In this document: piece by piece, positions 18,492-28,287 of the stretch
How positions within the stretch are numbered: position 1 is the stretch's first letter
Layout of the letters: each line of letters starts with the position of its first letter
Assembly (NCBI GenBank): GCA_028873965.1
Contig: JAPPMU010000024.1
Coordinates: 231,154-295,153, forward strand
DNA length: 64,000 nt
From: Chloroflexota bacterium
GTDB lineage: Bacteria > Chloroflexota > Dehalococcoidia > Lucifugimonadales > UBA3495
Direction of reading: 5' to 3'
Translations under genes and position numbers: made by a program
The notes under the pieces: generated by a model
Database searches by the model: none
Told to the model about the DNA's origin: nothing
The model's input: the letters and a program-made list of their open reading frames with translations, nothing else

Positions 18492-20456
18492 GGTTCCCCC
18501 GCACGCGCGGGGATAGAGCGTTACATTACATGAATACGTTAATGTCAGCTTCGGTTCCCCCGCACGCGCGGGGATAGAGCCCGTATGGTCGGCGACAGTG
18601 ATGCCGCCGGGGTGGTTCCCCCGCACGCGCGGGGATAGACCCCAAGCCGTTATGGAGTACCCCCCATATACCATGGTTCCCCCGCACGCGCGGGGATAGA
18701 CCTCAGTTTGTGGGCAAAGACTTTATAGAGGAAAGGGTTCCCCCGCACGCGCGGGGATAGACCGTCATGCCCTCGGTTTGCCCCTACAATGACAACGGTT
18801 CCCCCGCACGCGCGGGGATAGACCTTTCAGTACAGGGATTACTAAATCGTCAATTTGGGTTCCCCCGCACGCGCGGGGATAGACCGATTTCGCTCGCCGC
18901 AGTGATGCGCAGGCGTCCGGTTCCCCCGCACGCGCGGGGATAGACCCGGCGAGGGCCGTGTTGTACACCCAGATCGCCGGGTTCCCCCGCACGCGCGGGG
19001 ATAGACCCGGCGAGGGCCGTGTTGTACACCCAGATCGCCGGGTTCCCCCGCACGCGCGGGGATAGACCCTGGGACGACATGGTGTACGTGACCCAGTACT
19101 AGGTTCCCCCGCACGCGCGGGGATAGACCCGTGAGGTCGATGGTGTCGGCCTCAAACATCTGGGTTCCCCCGCACGCGCGGGGATAGACCCCCGGCGGGG
19201 AGCTAGGCCCGATGTGGATTGCGGGTTCCCCCGCACGCGCGGGGATAGACCCCGGACACCGATGGAGCGGATGTTCGGCAGATCGGTTCCCCCGCACGCG
19301 CGGGGATAGACCCGTCCAGGTCCACGACGACGTTGCGGCGACCGAGGTTCCCCCGCACGCGCGGGGATAGACCCTATCGCATTGATCCCGCGCCGTATCC
19401 GGTACTGGTTCCCCCGCACGCGCGGGGATAGACCGGTTCAGATGACCCGGGATCTGAAAGCCGGCCGGGTTCCCCCGCACGCGCGGGGATAGACCCAACC
19501 GGGGCGCCATCCCCCTGGAGGGATTTGCGGTTCCCCCGCACGCGCGGGGATAGACCGCTCTGCCTGACCGCGAACGCGCCCCGCGTGGCGGTTCCCCCGC
19601 ACGCGCGGGGATAGACCCGAGGTTGACAACCGGCCCTACGTCCGGCGCCGGGTTCCCCCGCACGCGCGGGGATAGACCCATCACGGCGCTCGCGGGGATC
19701 ACCACCACTCTGGTTCCCCCGCACGCGCGGGGATAGACCCCCACGATCTCGCGGTCGGTCAGCGGCGGCACCGGTTCCCCCGCACGCGCGGGGATAGACC
19801 CGGTGGTGGCGTGGGGGTGGGCGTCATGGTCGGGGTTCCCCCGCACGCGCGGGGATAGACCCCCGATCCCACAGGTCAGGCGAGCCCTCATCGCGGTTCC
19901 CCCGCACGCGCGGGGATAGACCCCTGACGATCCACGAAGGGGATGCCCGCAACCTGGTTCCCCCGCACGCGCGGGGATAGACCCAGGACAGGCAATAGCC
20001 CTTCCAGTTGCCGCCGGGTTCCCCCGCACGCGCGGGGATAGACCCGACTGCGCCGAGTGCGGCGCGCTGGCCGGTTCGGTTCCCCCGCACGCGCGGGGAT
20101 AGACCCCCCTGGCAGCCGCGGCGCAACGCCAGGGACGGGGTTCCCCCGCACGCGCGGGGATAGACCGCACACCGGCTACCAGTCCATGTTCATTGGCGAG
20201 GTTCCCCCGCACACGCGGGGATAGACCTGAACATCAGCGCAAACACCGACGCCGCGGCCAGGTTCCCCCGCACACGCGGGGATAGACCCTCCTTTATTCA
20301 GCGGATCACGAGCACCGGCGAGGTTCCCCCGCACACGCGGGGATAGACCGGGACGGTCCAAAGCTTTCAAAATCGCAAAGGCGGTTCCCCCGCACACGCG
20401 GGGATAGACCGCGAAGCCCGGCGATATTCCAAATGCCGGTCGGGGTTCCCCCGCAC
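18492..20456 (+). CRISPR. type I-E CRISPR array, block 2: 32 full repeats plus a 13-nt truncated terminal repeat
   Basis: Repeats lie at 18492 + 61k for k = 0 to 31. The first two carry C27>G (GATAGAGC). The last four (20200, 20261, 20322, 20383) carry loop change G14>A. The final copy, GGTTCCCCCGCAC at 20444-20456, is cut off. Confidence 0.97.
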
Positions 20457-20774
20457 GTAGTCCTTGACGATGGTGTGCTTGCCCTCGAACCCGTACTCGT
20501 CCCGGAGCCGCTCGAATATCCGCTTGACGGTATGGCGCTGCTTCCTGGGAACGTGGCGATCCGCCTCCAGGATGGCGTCAATTACGCCGGTGAACGGCTC
20601 GATCTTCGGCTTACGCGGCGGCCTCTGGCGCGTGTAGCCCTGGGGCGCGGCATTGGCCAGCATCTTGCGCACCGTGTCCCGGTGCACGCCGAACACCCGC
20701 GAGGTCTCCCGCACACTCATCCCCTCCACCAGGCAGGCTCGGCGAACCTGATAATACATCTCCACGGAAAACAT
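20457..20774 (-). pseudogene. istA: IS21-family transposase IstA, N-terminal fragment only
   Basis: MYYQVRRACLVEGMSVRETSRVFGVHRDTVRKMLANAAPQGYTRQRPPRKPKIEPFTGVIDAILEADRHVPRKQRHTVKRIFERLRDEYGFEGKHTIVKDYV matches the IstA HTH N-terminus. The frame then runs into the truncated CRISPR repeat. Confidence 0.8.
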
Positions 20775-21010
20775 CCATCGCACCTTCCACAGGCTGAAAA
20801 TCAGCCCTATGAAAGGCGACGGGTGGTACGGTTTTCCTCCGCCCAAACCTGTCGATCGGGCCGCCCGCGCGGTACATTTTCTCTCCGCCCTTTACACCGA
20901 TGCCCAGAGTGCGCGGAAAAACACCAACGCGCCCAAGCGAGCCTGACACATACGATGTAAGAAAGGACAAGCCTGACAGTCCAGCAAATGCACAGGCGAA
21001 ACCCGCCAAG
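20457..21010 (-). mobile_element. IS21-like element remnant (left end plus 5' part of istA)
   Basis: Reiterated GCCTGACA-like motifs at about 20939, 20970 and 21012 upstream of istA resemble the multiple terminal repeats of IS21 ends. The outer boundary is approximate. Confidence 0.45.
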
Positions 21011-21315
21011 GCAACCTGACCTCGGCGGGTTTTTCGTGCCGACGGCTTGAACCATCGCGAAAAGCGGCGACGTCAGAAGCGACTCGCCACTCACGTCCAC
21101 GGAGCGGGACAGTGTCGTCGCAGCATCCACAGCCTCGTGTGCATACCAACCACCGATAATCACCTCGCCCGGTAGAGAACATAACCTGGAACACGAACGG
21201 GCCTGTCAGCTATCCCCGCTCTCCGGGATCTTGGCTTATGTATCACGGTTATGATACATTAGGCAACGATACAGGTCCTATATAGGTTCCGGACCTGAGC
21301 GTGCTGAGGTCCGAT

Positions 21316-21555
21316 ATGCCTACGGTTGTCACCGAGGGCCAGTACAGGTTCGTCATACGAACACACGAAAAGGAGTTCGAGCCGCCCCACGTCCACGTCC
21401 TCATCGGAGGAGGCGACGACGAGTGCCGGATCCGATTGAACGACGGCACCTACATGGATGACCCGCCCCCCGGCCAATTCAGGGACATCCTCGATGTTTA
21501 TGAGCAGCACGCCGAAGAGATCCGGGCCACATGGGACCGGATCCACCAGAGGTAA
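21316..21555 (+). CDS. DUF4160 domain protein
   Basis: MPTVVTEGQYRFVIRTHEKEFEPPHVHVLIGGGDDECRIRL matches the DUF4160 pattern (G.rf.i......PPHvHv). GAGG lies 6 nt upstream of the ATG. Confidence 0.7.
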   Translation: MPTVVTEGQYRFVIRTHEKEFEPPHVHVLIGGGDDECRIRLNDGTYMDDPPPGQFRDILDVYEQHAEEIRATWDRIHQR

Positions 21556-21558
21556 ACC

Positions 21559-22044
21559 ATGGCAGCAACGATGGTCAAGAACGCCGATCGCATGATGTCG
21601 TTCGCCCAACCCGCCGAGACGGGCATCGAGCTCTCCTTCGTGGACGGTCTCGCCGGCATCATCCCCTTTGCCGATCTTCCCGAAATCGCCGCGGGCGGCG
21701 GCATCAGGGATATAGAACTGCCCAACCCCTACGAGATGGTGCTGACCATGAACACCGGCGAGACGTCCGAGGTTCCATGGGACTACGCCCGCGACTACTG
21801 CGACCCCGCCTACCGCCCCCGCATTGAGGCCATCGCCAGGATGTCCTGCGAAAACTTGGGCCGCAGGGTTCGTCAATGCCGGAAGGACGCAGGCATGAGC
21901 CAGAGCACTCTTGCTCACCGGGCCGAGATCGGCCGCGCCACCCTGATTCGCATCGAGAAGGGCGAGCACAGCCCCCGCCACAAAACCCTCTCTGCGATAG
22001 CGAAAGCGCTGGGAGTGGAGTTTCGGGAGCTAGTTACCACTTAG
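21559..22044 (+). CDS. DUF2442-like domain fused to C-terminal XRE-type HTH
   Basis: The C-terminus LGRRVRQCRKDAGMSQSTLAHRAEIGRATLIRIEKGEHSPRHKTLSAIAKALGV is a clear HTH_XRE. It sits 4 nt after the DUF4160 gene, the usual partner arrangement. Confidence 0.65.
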   Translation: MAATMVKNADRMMSFAQPAETGIELSFVDGLAGIIPFADLPEIAAGGGIRDIELPNPYEMVLTMNTGETSEVPWDYARDYCDPAYRPRIEAIARMSCENLGRRVRQCRKDAGMSQSTLAHRAEIGRATLIRIEKGEHSPRHKTLSAIAKALGVEFRELVTT

Positions 22045-22177
22045 CGCTGGCCACCGCCAACTCCGGCGATGCAACATATCCACAGGCGTGCCACCATGGA
22101 GTGCGCTTGCGGCATCCACTATCCAGAGGACCCCACACAAGGAAAGTTTACTCCACGATAACGGTCCCAAGAATGCA

Positions 22178-22567
22178 ATGAGCGGGTACACCGCGGTCTG
22201 TGTCTCCACGTGTCCCAACTGCGCCACACCGGGCATCAAGATCCTTGATTTCCCGGAAAACATTTCAAACCCGCTCAACCCCCGTGCGTGCCGGGGGAAC
22301 CGCCAGCCCCGCGCCGATGTCGTCGAATTGGTGTCCGCGGTCTATCCCGACAACCCTAATACATTTGTCAGCGCTGGCAATGCCCAAGACGCCCGCAAGG
22401 TTTTCCCGACCATATACCGTTCTACCAGAACAGCAATCCCTCTCAACGGTGTTCCCACACCTATCCAAGATACGTACCGTAAAGCCCTGACAGCTCTCGA
22501 TTCTCCTGCTCTCGGCGACTGGGTTACAGCAGCCGCGACCTTGCAAATCTTGCTGACTCTCTTTTGA
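22178..22567 (+). CDS. hypothetical protein, possibly a 3'-truncated DUF4145-like gene
   Basis: Starts MSGYTAVCVSTCPNCATPG and ends VPTPIQDTYRKALTALDSPALGDWVTAAATLQILLTLF immediately before the IS110 region. Confidence 0.3.
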   Translation: MSGYTAVCVSTCPNCATPGIKILDFPENISNPLNPRACRGNRQPRADVVELVSAVYPDNPNTFVSAGNAQDARKVFPTIYRSTRTAIPLNGVPTPIQDTYRKALTALDSPALGDWVTAAATLQILLTLF

Positions 22568-22569
22568 CC

Positions 22570-23800
<1,231 letters not shown>

Positions 23801-24243
23801 TTTGCGGATGTATGGTGGTGCAGAAAGTACGTCTCTATAGTGCGCTTCCTGGGGGTAGCCAGACGATGTGGTAGGGACTGGAATAGCCTTCGCTTGGAGA
23901 GCGGTTCCACGGCGATTTGCGCCAGGTGGCACTCCGAAATGTTCATGTTGTTATGGTCGACGACGACCGTGATATCGAGGGTTTCGTCGCCAAGGTCGAA
24001 GCCGGGGCGGCGAAGGTGCTGCCGCGCTCTCGATCTTGGGCCGCCACTTTGGCAGATGAACCATCGGTGTCGGGGATGGAGTGTAGGAGTGCGACAATGT
24101 TCTCGGTGGTGAAAGCGCCTGCCCCTTTGGGAGTGCTGGCCATTGCGTCCTCCGATGCTGACGGCCGCTGGGATGATGGGATGTCGATGGGGCCTGTGAG
24201 TACGCTTGAGCCAGCTTCTGGAAAGGCTCGGAGAGCGGCGGCG

Positions 24244-25779
24244 TCAGTCTGAAGGTTCAGGCGGTGGGAGACTGTGGTGTCGCCAGACGTCGTGGTACGG
24301 AGGACGGTTGTCCCGCTCGTATTGGTCCGTCCATTCCTGGTGCGAAACGGTGGTGATGGATGGTCGGACGGATGGTGCGTCCTGGTTGGCTAGCTCGGCA
24401 GCGTCGGAGACCGCGTCGAGCAAGTCGGGGTCAATTTGGTCGGCAATAACGACAGTAACCTCGATGGGGATCCGGGTCGAGACGGCGGCGGCGGCCCGAG
24501 AGCCACAAATGGTGACGCGGAGGATCCCGGAGTGGTGGAGTGGCGTCAAGCGAGCGGAGAAGCGGTTGAGCCAGTGGAGTTCCGACTCGAAGATAGTGGT
24601 GATGGGCGGAGCGCTTTCCGGTTCTGCGTCGGGGATCACGTTGATGGGTTGCCGCGGACGGGTCCTGCTGGCGGGAAACGGCAGAGCGGCGATGCGTCGG
24701 TCGGTGAGGCGTATGAAACGACGGTGAAGGTCGTCGGGGCTGCGCCCCGTGGTGATATTGCCGTCAGGGATGTTCCTCCCGAAGGCGTCTCTGATCTGCT
24801 GGCCCGTCATGGGCCCGTGCTCGGACAGATGATCATGGATCGTCTTAGCGATGCCGCGGGCGCCGTGTGGGACAGGGATTGTCTGAGGGGTTTCAGTCCA
24901 TTCAGCGAGGCGACAGGCGTAGGGACCGTTGCGGGCGAGAGAGTCGTTGCCGTCAATGGCGTCTTGGATCTGGCGCTGGGTGATGCGTCGAGCGTAACGG
25001 GCGCCGCCTAGCGCCTGGTTGACGTGTCGGGTGAGCTTTGGGATGTCCAGCGGCAGTTTTTCCCGGTGGAGGACGCGGATGATGGTGTTGCTCACGATGT
25101 GTTCCAACGAAACGAATCGGTGCCAGGGTTGATCCGGGCTGTATCGTCCTTGGGAATCTGGGAGGAGACCGGCGTGATTATTGATGCATTGGTTCGGGTC
25201 GAGGTAGGCCGAGCTGTGGAAGGTGTCTGCCCACGCAGGTGTGCTTTGCAGAATCTGCTCTGCTGTCTGTGGCCCGTCGGCTCTGGTCATGTGGTCAGCC
25301 ACATCGGCGATAAAAGCGCGAAAGTCCAGATCTGTCTGGTCATCGGGTGGTGGATAGGCGTAACCGGCGGCGCGGATGATGGGTAAGTGTTGGGATTCGG
25401 CAAGCTGGAGACGGATCAGGGCTCGGAGAGTGTCTTCGGTGTATGCACGGCGACGTCCGGAGCGATTGTCGATTGCGGCGGCGGCGATGACAAGGTTGGT
25501 GCGCCCGGAGATGGTGGCCAGCGGCGTACCCAGGATCCGGTCAGCCTGCAAGAGCATGGCTCTGATAAGAGCGAAGCGATCACTGATTTCGCGGGCGGTG
25601 GCACCTGTCTGAGCGGCGATGTCAGAATCGCTCCGGGCGGGATTGCCGGACGTACCCAGCTTGCCGTTGAGCACCGCCGGGTGGTCGGTGGCGTCCAGGG
25701 TATGCCTGATGACGTTGTTGGCTGCTTCCAGGATGTCCTGAGTCACGATGGGCTGAGGGTTGTGCGCGCTTTCTGGCAT
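24244..25779 (-). CDS. hypothetical protein (511 aa)
   Basis: Long ORF with coding-like composition. The C-terminal ILRVTICGSRAAAAVSTRIPIEVTVVIADQID vaguely resembles a degenerate nucleotidyltransferase fold. No firm family assignment. Confidence 0.55.
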   Translation of the reverse strand: MPESAHNPQPIVTQDILEAANNVIRHTLDATDHPAVLNGKLGTSGNPARSDSDIAAQTGATAREISDRFALIRAMLLQADRILGTPLATISGRTNLVIAAAAIDNRSGRRRAYTEDTLRALIRLQLAESQHLPIIRAAGYAYPPPDDQTDLDFRAFIADVADHMTRADGPQTAEQILQSTPAWADTFHSSAYLDPNQCINNHAGLLPDSQGRYSPDQPWHRFVSLEHIVSNTIIRVLHREKLPLDIPKLTRHVNQALGGARYARRITQRQIQDAIDGNDSLARNGPYACRLAEWTETPQTIPVPHGARGIAKTIHDHLSEHGPMTGQQIRDAFGRNIPDGNITTGRSPDDLHRRFIRLTDRRIAALPFPASRTRPRQPINVIPDAEPESAPPITTIFESELHWLNRFSARLTPLHHSGILRVTICGSRAAAAVSTRIPIEVTVVIADQIDPDLLDAVSDAAELANQDAPSVRPSITTVSHQEWTDQYERDNRPPYHDVWRHHSLPPPEPSD

Positions 25780-26129
25780 CGGTACTCCTTCGGTGGGAGC
25801 TTATGGTGGTGACAACAAGAAAGGCCGCCTGATGTAGGCGGCCTTAGTGAGCTGGAAACGGATGGAGTGGGGGTGGAGAAGTCGGGTTAGGCCCGTGCCG
25901 GGGTTAAGGCGCTGTGTGGCGCACAGAACCAGGTATAGTGGAGGTATTCGAGGCTGAAACCCGCGAAAATGGTGAAAAGCGGGCTATAGGGCGTTGCGGG
26001 GGTTGCGTGTGGTGTGGTACAAGAAATCGGGTGGCCTGTGCCTGCGAAGACGCGGGGACATCGGGGCGACCTCCGGCCGAAGGAGATGTCGATGTCAAAC
26101 CAAAAATAATCGAAGCAGGAGATGACAGT

Positions 26130-26744
26130 ATGTCTACTCTCGTCGAATCGCTGGAGACGATCGTAGCGCATTTGAGGGTCAAACACGCTGCGACCGGTAG
26201 GGAGTTGGAGATGGGTGAGCGGATGCTGGCGGAGGCAAAAGCTGCTGCTGCCGGCGGTGGGATGAAACTGGGTCGAGAACGCAGCGACTCTGAACTGGCG
26301 CTGGGCACAGTAACGGTCAGTGACGGCGGAGGCTTTCTGGTCCCACCGACGGACTCAAAGGGGCGGGCGGTCTACGATGTGCGTGCCGTGATGGGACGAG
26401 ACGGGTACGGTGGCAAAGGCCAGGGATTGGTGGAGGTGTATGGACCGGAGGTGCAAGTGCATGGCATGGGCCAAGTCGTGTTTGCCTCGGGGGAAACGCA
26501 GGCGCGCAGCCAAAGGGATGTGGTGTCGTCGTGTAGGGGTATCCCTCGCTTCAACAAACTGTGGTCGAAAGGCGAACGGGGTAAGATACTATATCTGGGT
26601 GATATCACCGTCAACGAGGAACTCGTCAATGTGTTGGCCGGTGAGGGGAAGGGGCGTGTGGAGCCGTGGGTGCAAATCGGTGGTGATGTGGAGGGCGCAT
26701 GTGCGGAAGTGACGGTAGGGGGTGGTGGTCTCGACCCTGGATAA
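26130..26744 (+). CDS. hypothetical protein
   Basis: ATG 26130 with AGGAG 9 nt upstream; starts MSTLVESLETIVAHLRVKH. It is part of track ORF 25914..26744. Confidence 0.4.
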   Translation: MSTLVESLETIVAHLRVKHAATGRELEMGERMLAEAKAAAAGGGMKLGRERSDSELALGTVTVSDGGGFLVPPTDSKGRAVYDVRAVMGRDGYGGKGQGLVEVYGPEVQVHGMGQVVFASGETQARSQRDVVSSCRGIPRFNKLWSKGERGKILYLGDITVNEELVNVLAGEGKGRVEPWVQIGGDVEGACAEVTVGGGGLDPG

Positions 26745-27049
26745 TATAGAATATTTGTGCTGGTTTCGCCGGCAGAAAAAAGGCCGCCGCGGATGGACCC
26801 CGCGACGGCTGGACGTAGACCCCTCATGTGCATGATGGAGAGCTACTGTGTTTAACATACCACATCTTTGTTGGGAAATCTGGGATTTTGGTACGCCGGT
26901 TGGCTCGGGGTTCATGCGTGGGCCGACCGCTCGTTCGGACCCCTGTGCAGTTGCCGCGGTGCGCCGGCCATGTAGGCCGGTGGCACTGCGGTTTTTTGTG
27001 GTTTCGCCAACCCCATGGGCACAGGTAGCCCGACACGAACGGAGGAATT

Positions 27050-27330
27050 GTGCTTATCGGGAAGGAAGACTTCGACAGAGTTCAGGACCGGTTGCGCGGT
27101 CAGCAGGCTCCTGAGTCCGCAAGTGCCCGCCGGCGCCCGATGGTGGGTGGCATCAAATGCGCATCCTGCGGCTCTTACCTCGTAGCAAGGAGCGTGCGCG
27201 GTGGTCGTCGCTACTACCGTTGCTGCAATGCCGTGTTGGGTATTTTCGTTGAGGCGTCCTGCAGCGAGAAGTCCGTTCGGGCTGACGCCCTCGCGGAGTT
27301 CTTCGAACGGCCGTTTCGGTCCTCGCGCTT
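27050..27330 (+). pseudogene. fragment of a large serine recombinase (zinc-ribbon region)
   Basis: EDFDRVQDRLRG...GGIKCASCGSYLVARSVRGGRRYYRCCN...CSEKSVRADALAEFF matches the LSR zinc beta-ribbon pattern (C..CG....YYRC....C...v....lE). No catalytic domain is attached. Confidence 0.45.
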
Positions 27331-27587
27331 GGTGATGAAGCAAACGGTTGGTCACCAGAGGACTCGTTATGATTCACATTGTGAAAGCGGCTCTGTTTTT
27401 GTGGCACCGCAGTGCCAAGAAACGCCCCGATGCTGAACTTTCGATCGAGGAGTAAGAGCAAGTCTGCCCTGATTTCGCACGGCGAGCTGGTTATCCGCTT
27501 GTGTCCATTTACATCGAGCCCCAAGTAGTGAAAGCGCACGCGGGCCGGAATGCGAAGGAAGCCACCCATGGAAAAGGAGAGCATAGG

Positions 27588-27980
27588 ATGACAAACAGGC
27601 CACCGGGATTTCTTGATCCCGAATTAGATGAAACGGCGCCACGGGAGGTTGAGCCCCGGCCCGCGGCGCTAAGACCAGACGAGCAGCAACTCGGCGAGGT
27701 CTTGTGTACCGATATCACAACTGGAGGTGGATTGACAACTGAAACAGCGCAATTCTTGGGTGCCTGGCCCCGAGAGCGGTCGGCGGACTTCGACCACTCG
27801 CTCATCGAGGGCTGGGTGGCCGGAGTGCCAGTCGTGGATGGGGTGGGGGACAGTGGCTGGACCGACTGCGAAGGTGGCCGGGTGCGGCTGGTGGTTCGCG
27901 TGAAGGACTGCCCCGAGCAGAGAGAGTGGGTACGTTCCATGGCCCACGGTGGGGCTTACGCCCGCGAGGTGTTGAGGTAG
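27588..27980 (+). CDS. hypothetical protein
   Basis: ATG 27588 after AAAGGAGA; starts MTNRPPGFLDPELDE. Confidence 0.4.
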   Translation: MTNRPPGFLDPELDETAPREVEPRPAALRPDEQQLGEVLCTDITTGGGLTTETAQFLGAWPRERSADFDHSLIEGWVAGVPVVDGVGDSGWTDCEGGRVRLVVRVKDCPEQREWVRSMAHGGAYAREVLR

Positions 27981-28059
27981 AGCGGGCTTACCCGCCCGGA
28001 TGGGCCGGCGGCGGCGCACTCGGTATCGCCGCCGCCGGTACCAATGGAACAGAGCGGAC

Positions 28060-28287
28060 ATGGAGGTGGAGATTGCACCTGAGGAAAGTAGCTGGGAGGC
28101 CAGCGTCGTGATTCGGGTCTTTGAACTCGTTGCATCGGGTCTGAGCTTAGGCGCGGCTGCCGAACGGATAAACGAGGAGTACTCCCAAGTCGGGGAATGC
28201 ACGAACCTGTCCCAGGTTCGATTAGAAGGCAAAGGAGGGCTGAAATGTCGACAACCAAAAATAAGGCGAAGGTGTGCCCAAGGGTGA
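28060..28287 (+). pseudogene. short ORF resembling the recombinase-domain HTH segment of serine recombinases (fragment or small excisionase-like gene)
   Basis: WEASVVIRVFELVASGLSLGAAAERINEEY parallels EAAVVKRIFRLYVDGWSMYRISKQLNEEG in the adjacent intact recombinase. Confidence 0.25.

Noticed and set aside
11200-20460. Dozens of minus-strand (and some plus-strand) ORFs across the array, with reiterated peptides such as SIPARAGEP, VYPRACGGT and GLSPRVRGN.
   Set aside because: They are translations of the 61-bp periodic CRISPR repeat in three frames. The periodic identical peptides and absence of any non-repeat structure show they are artefacts, not genes.
20996-21034. Hairpin GCGAAACCCGCC…GGCGGGTTTTTCG resembling a rho-independent terminator.
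   Set aside because: The loop is 16 nt and the feature lies inside the IS21-end repeat region. No gene ends there on the plus strand, so support is too weak to call.
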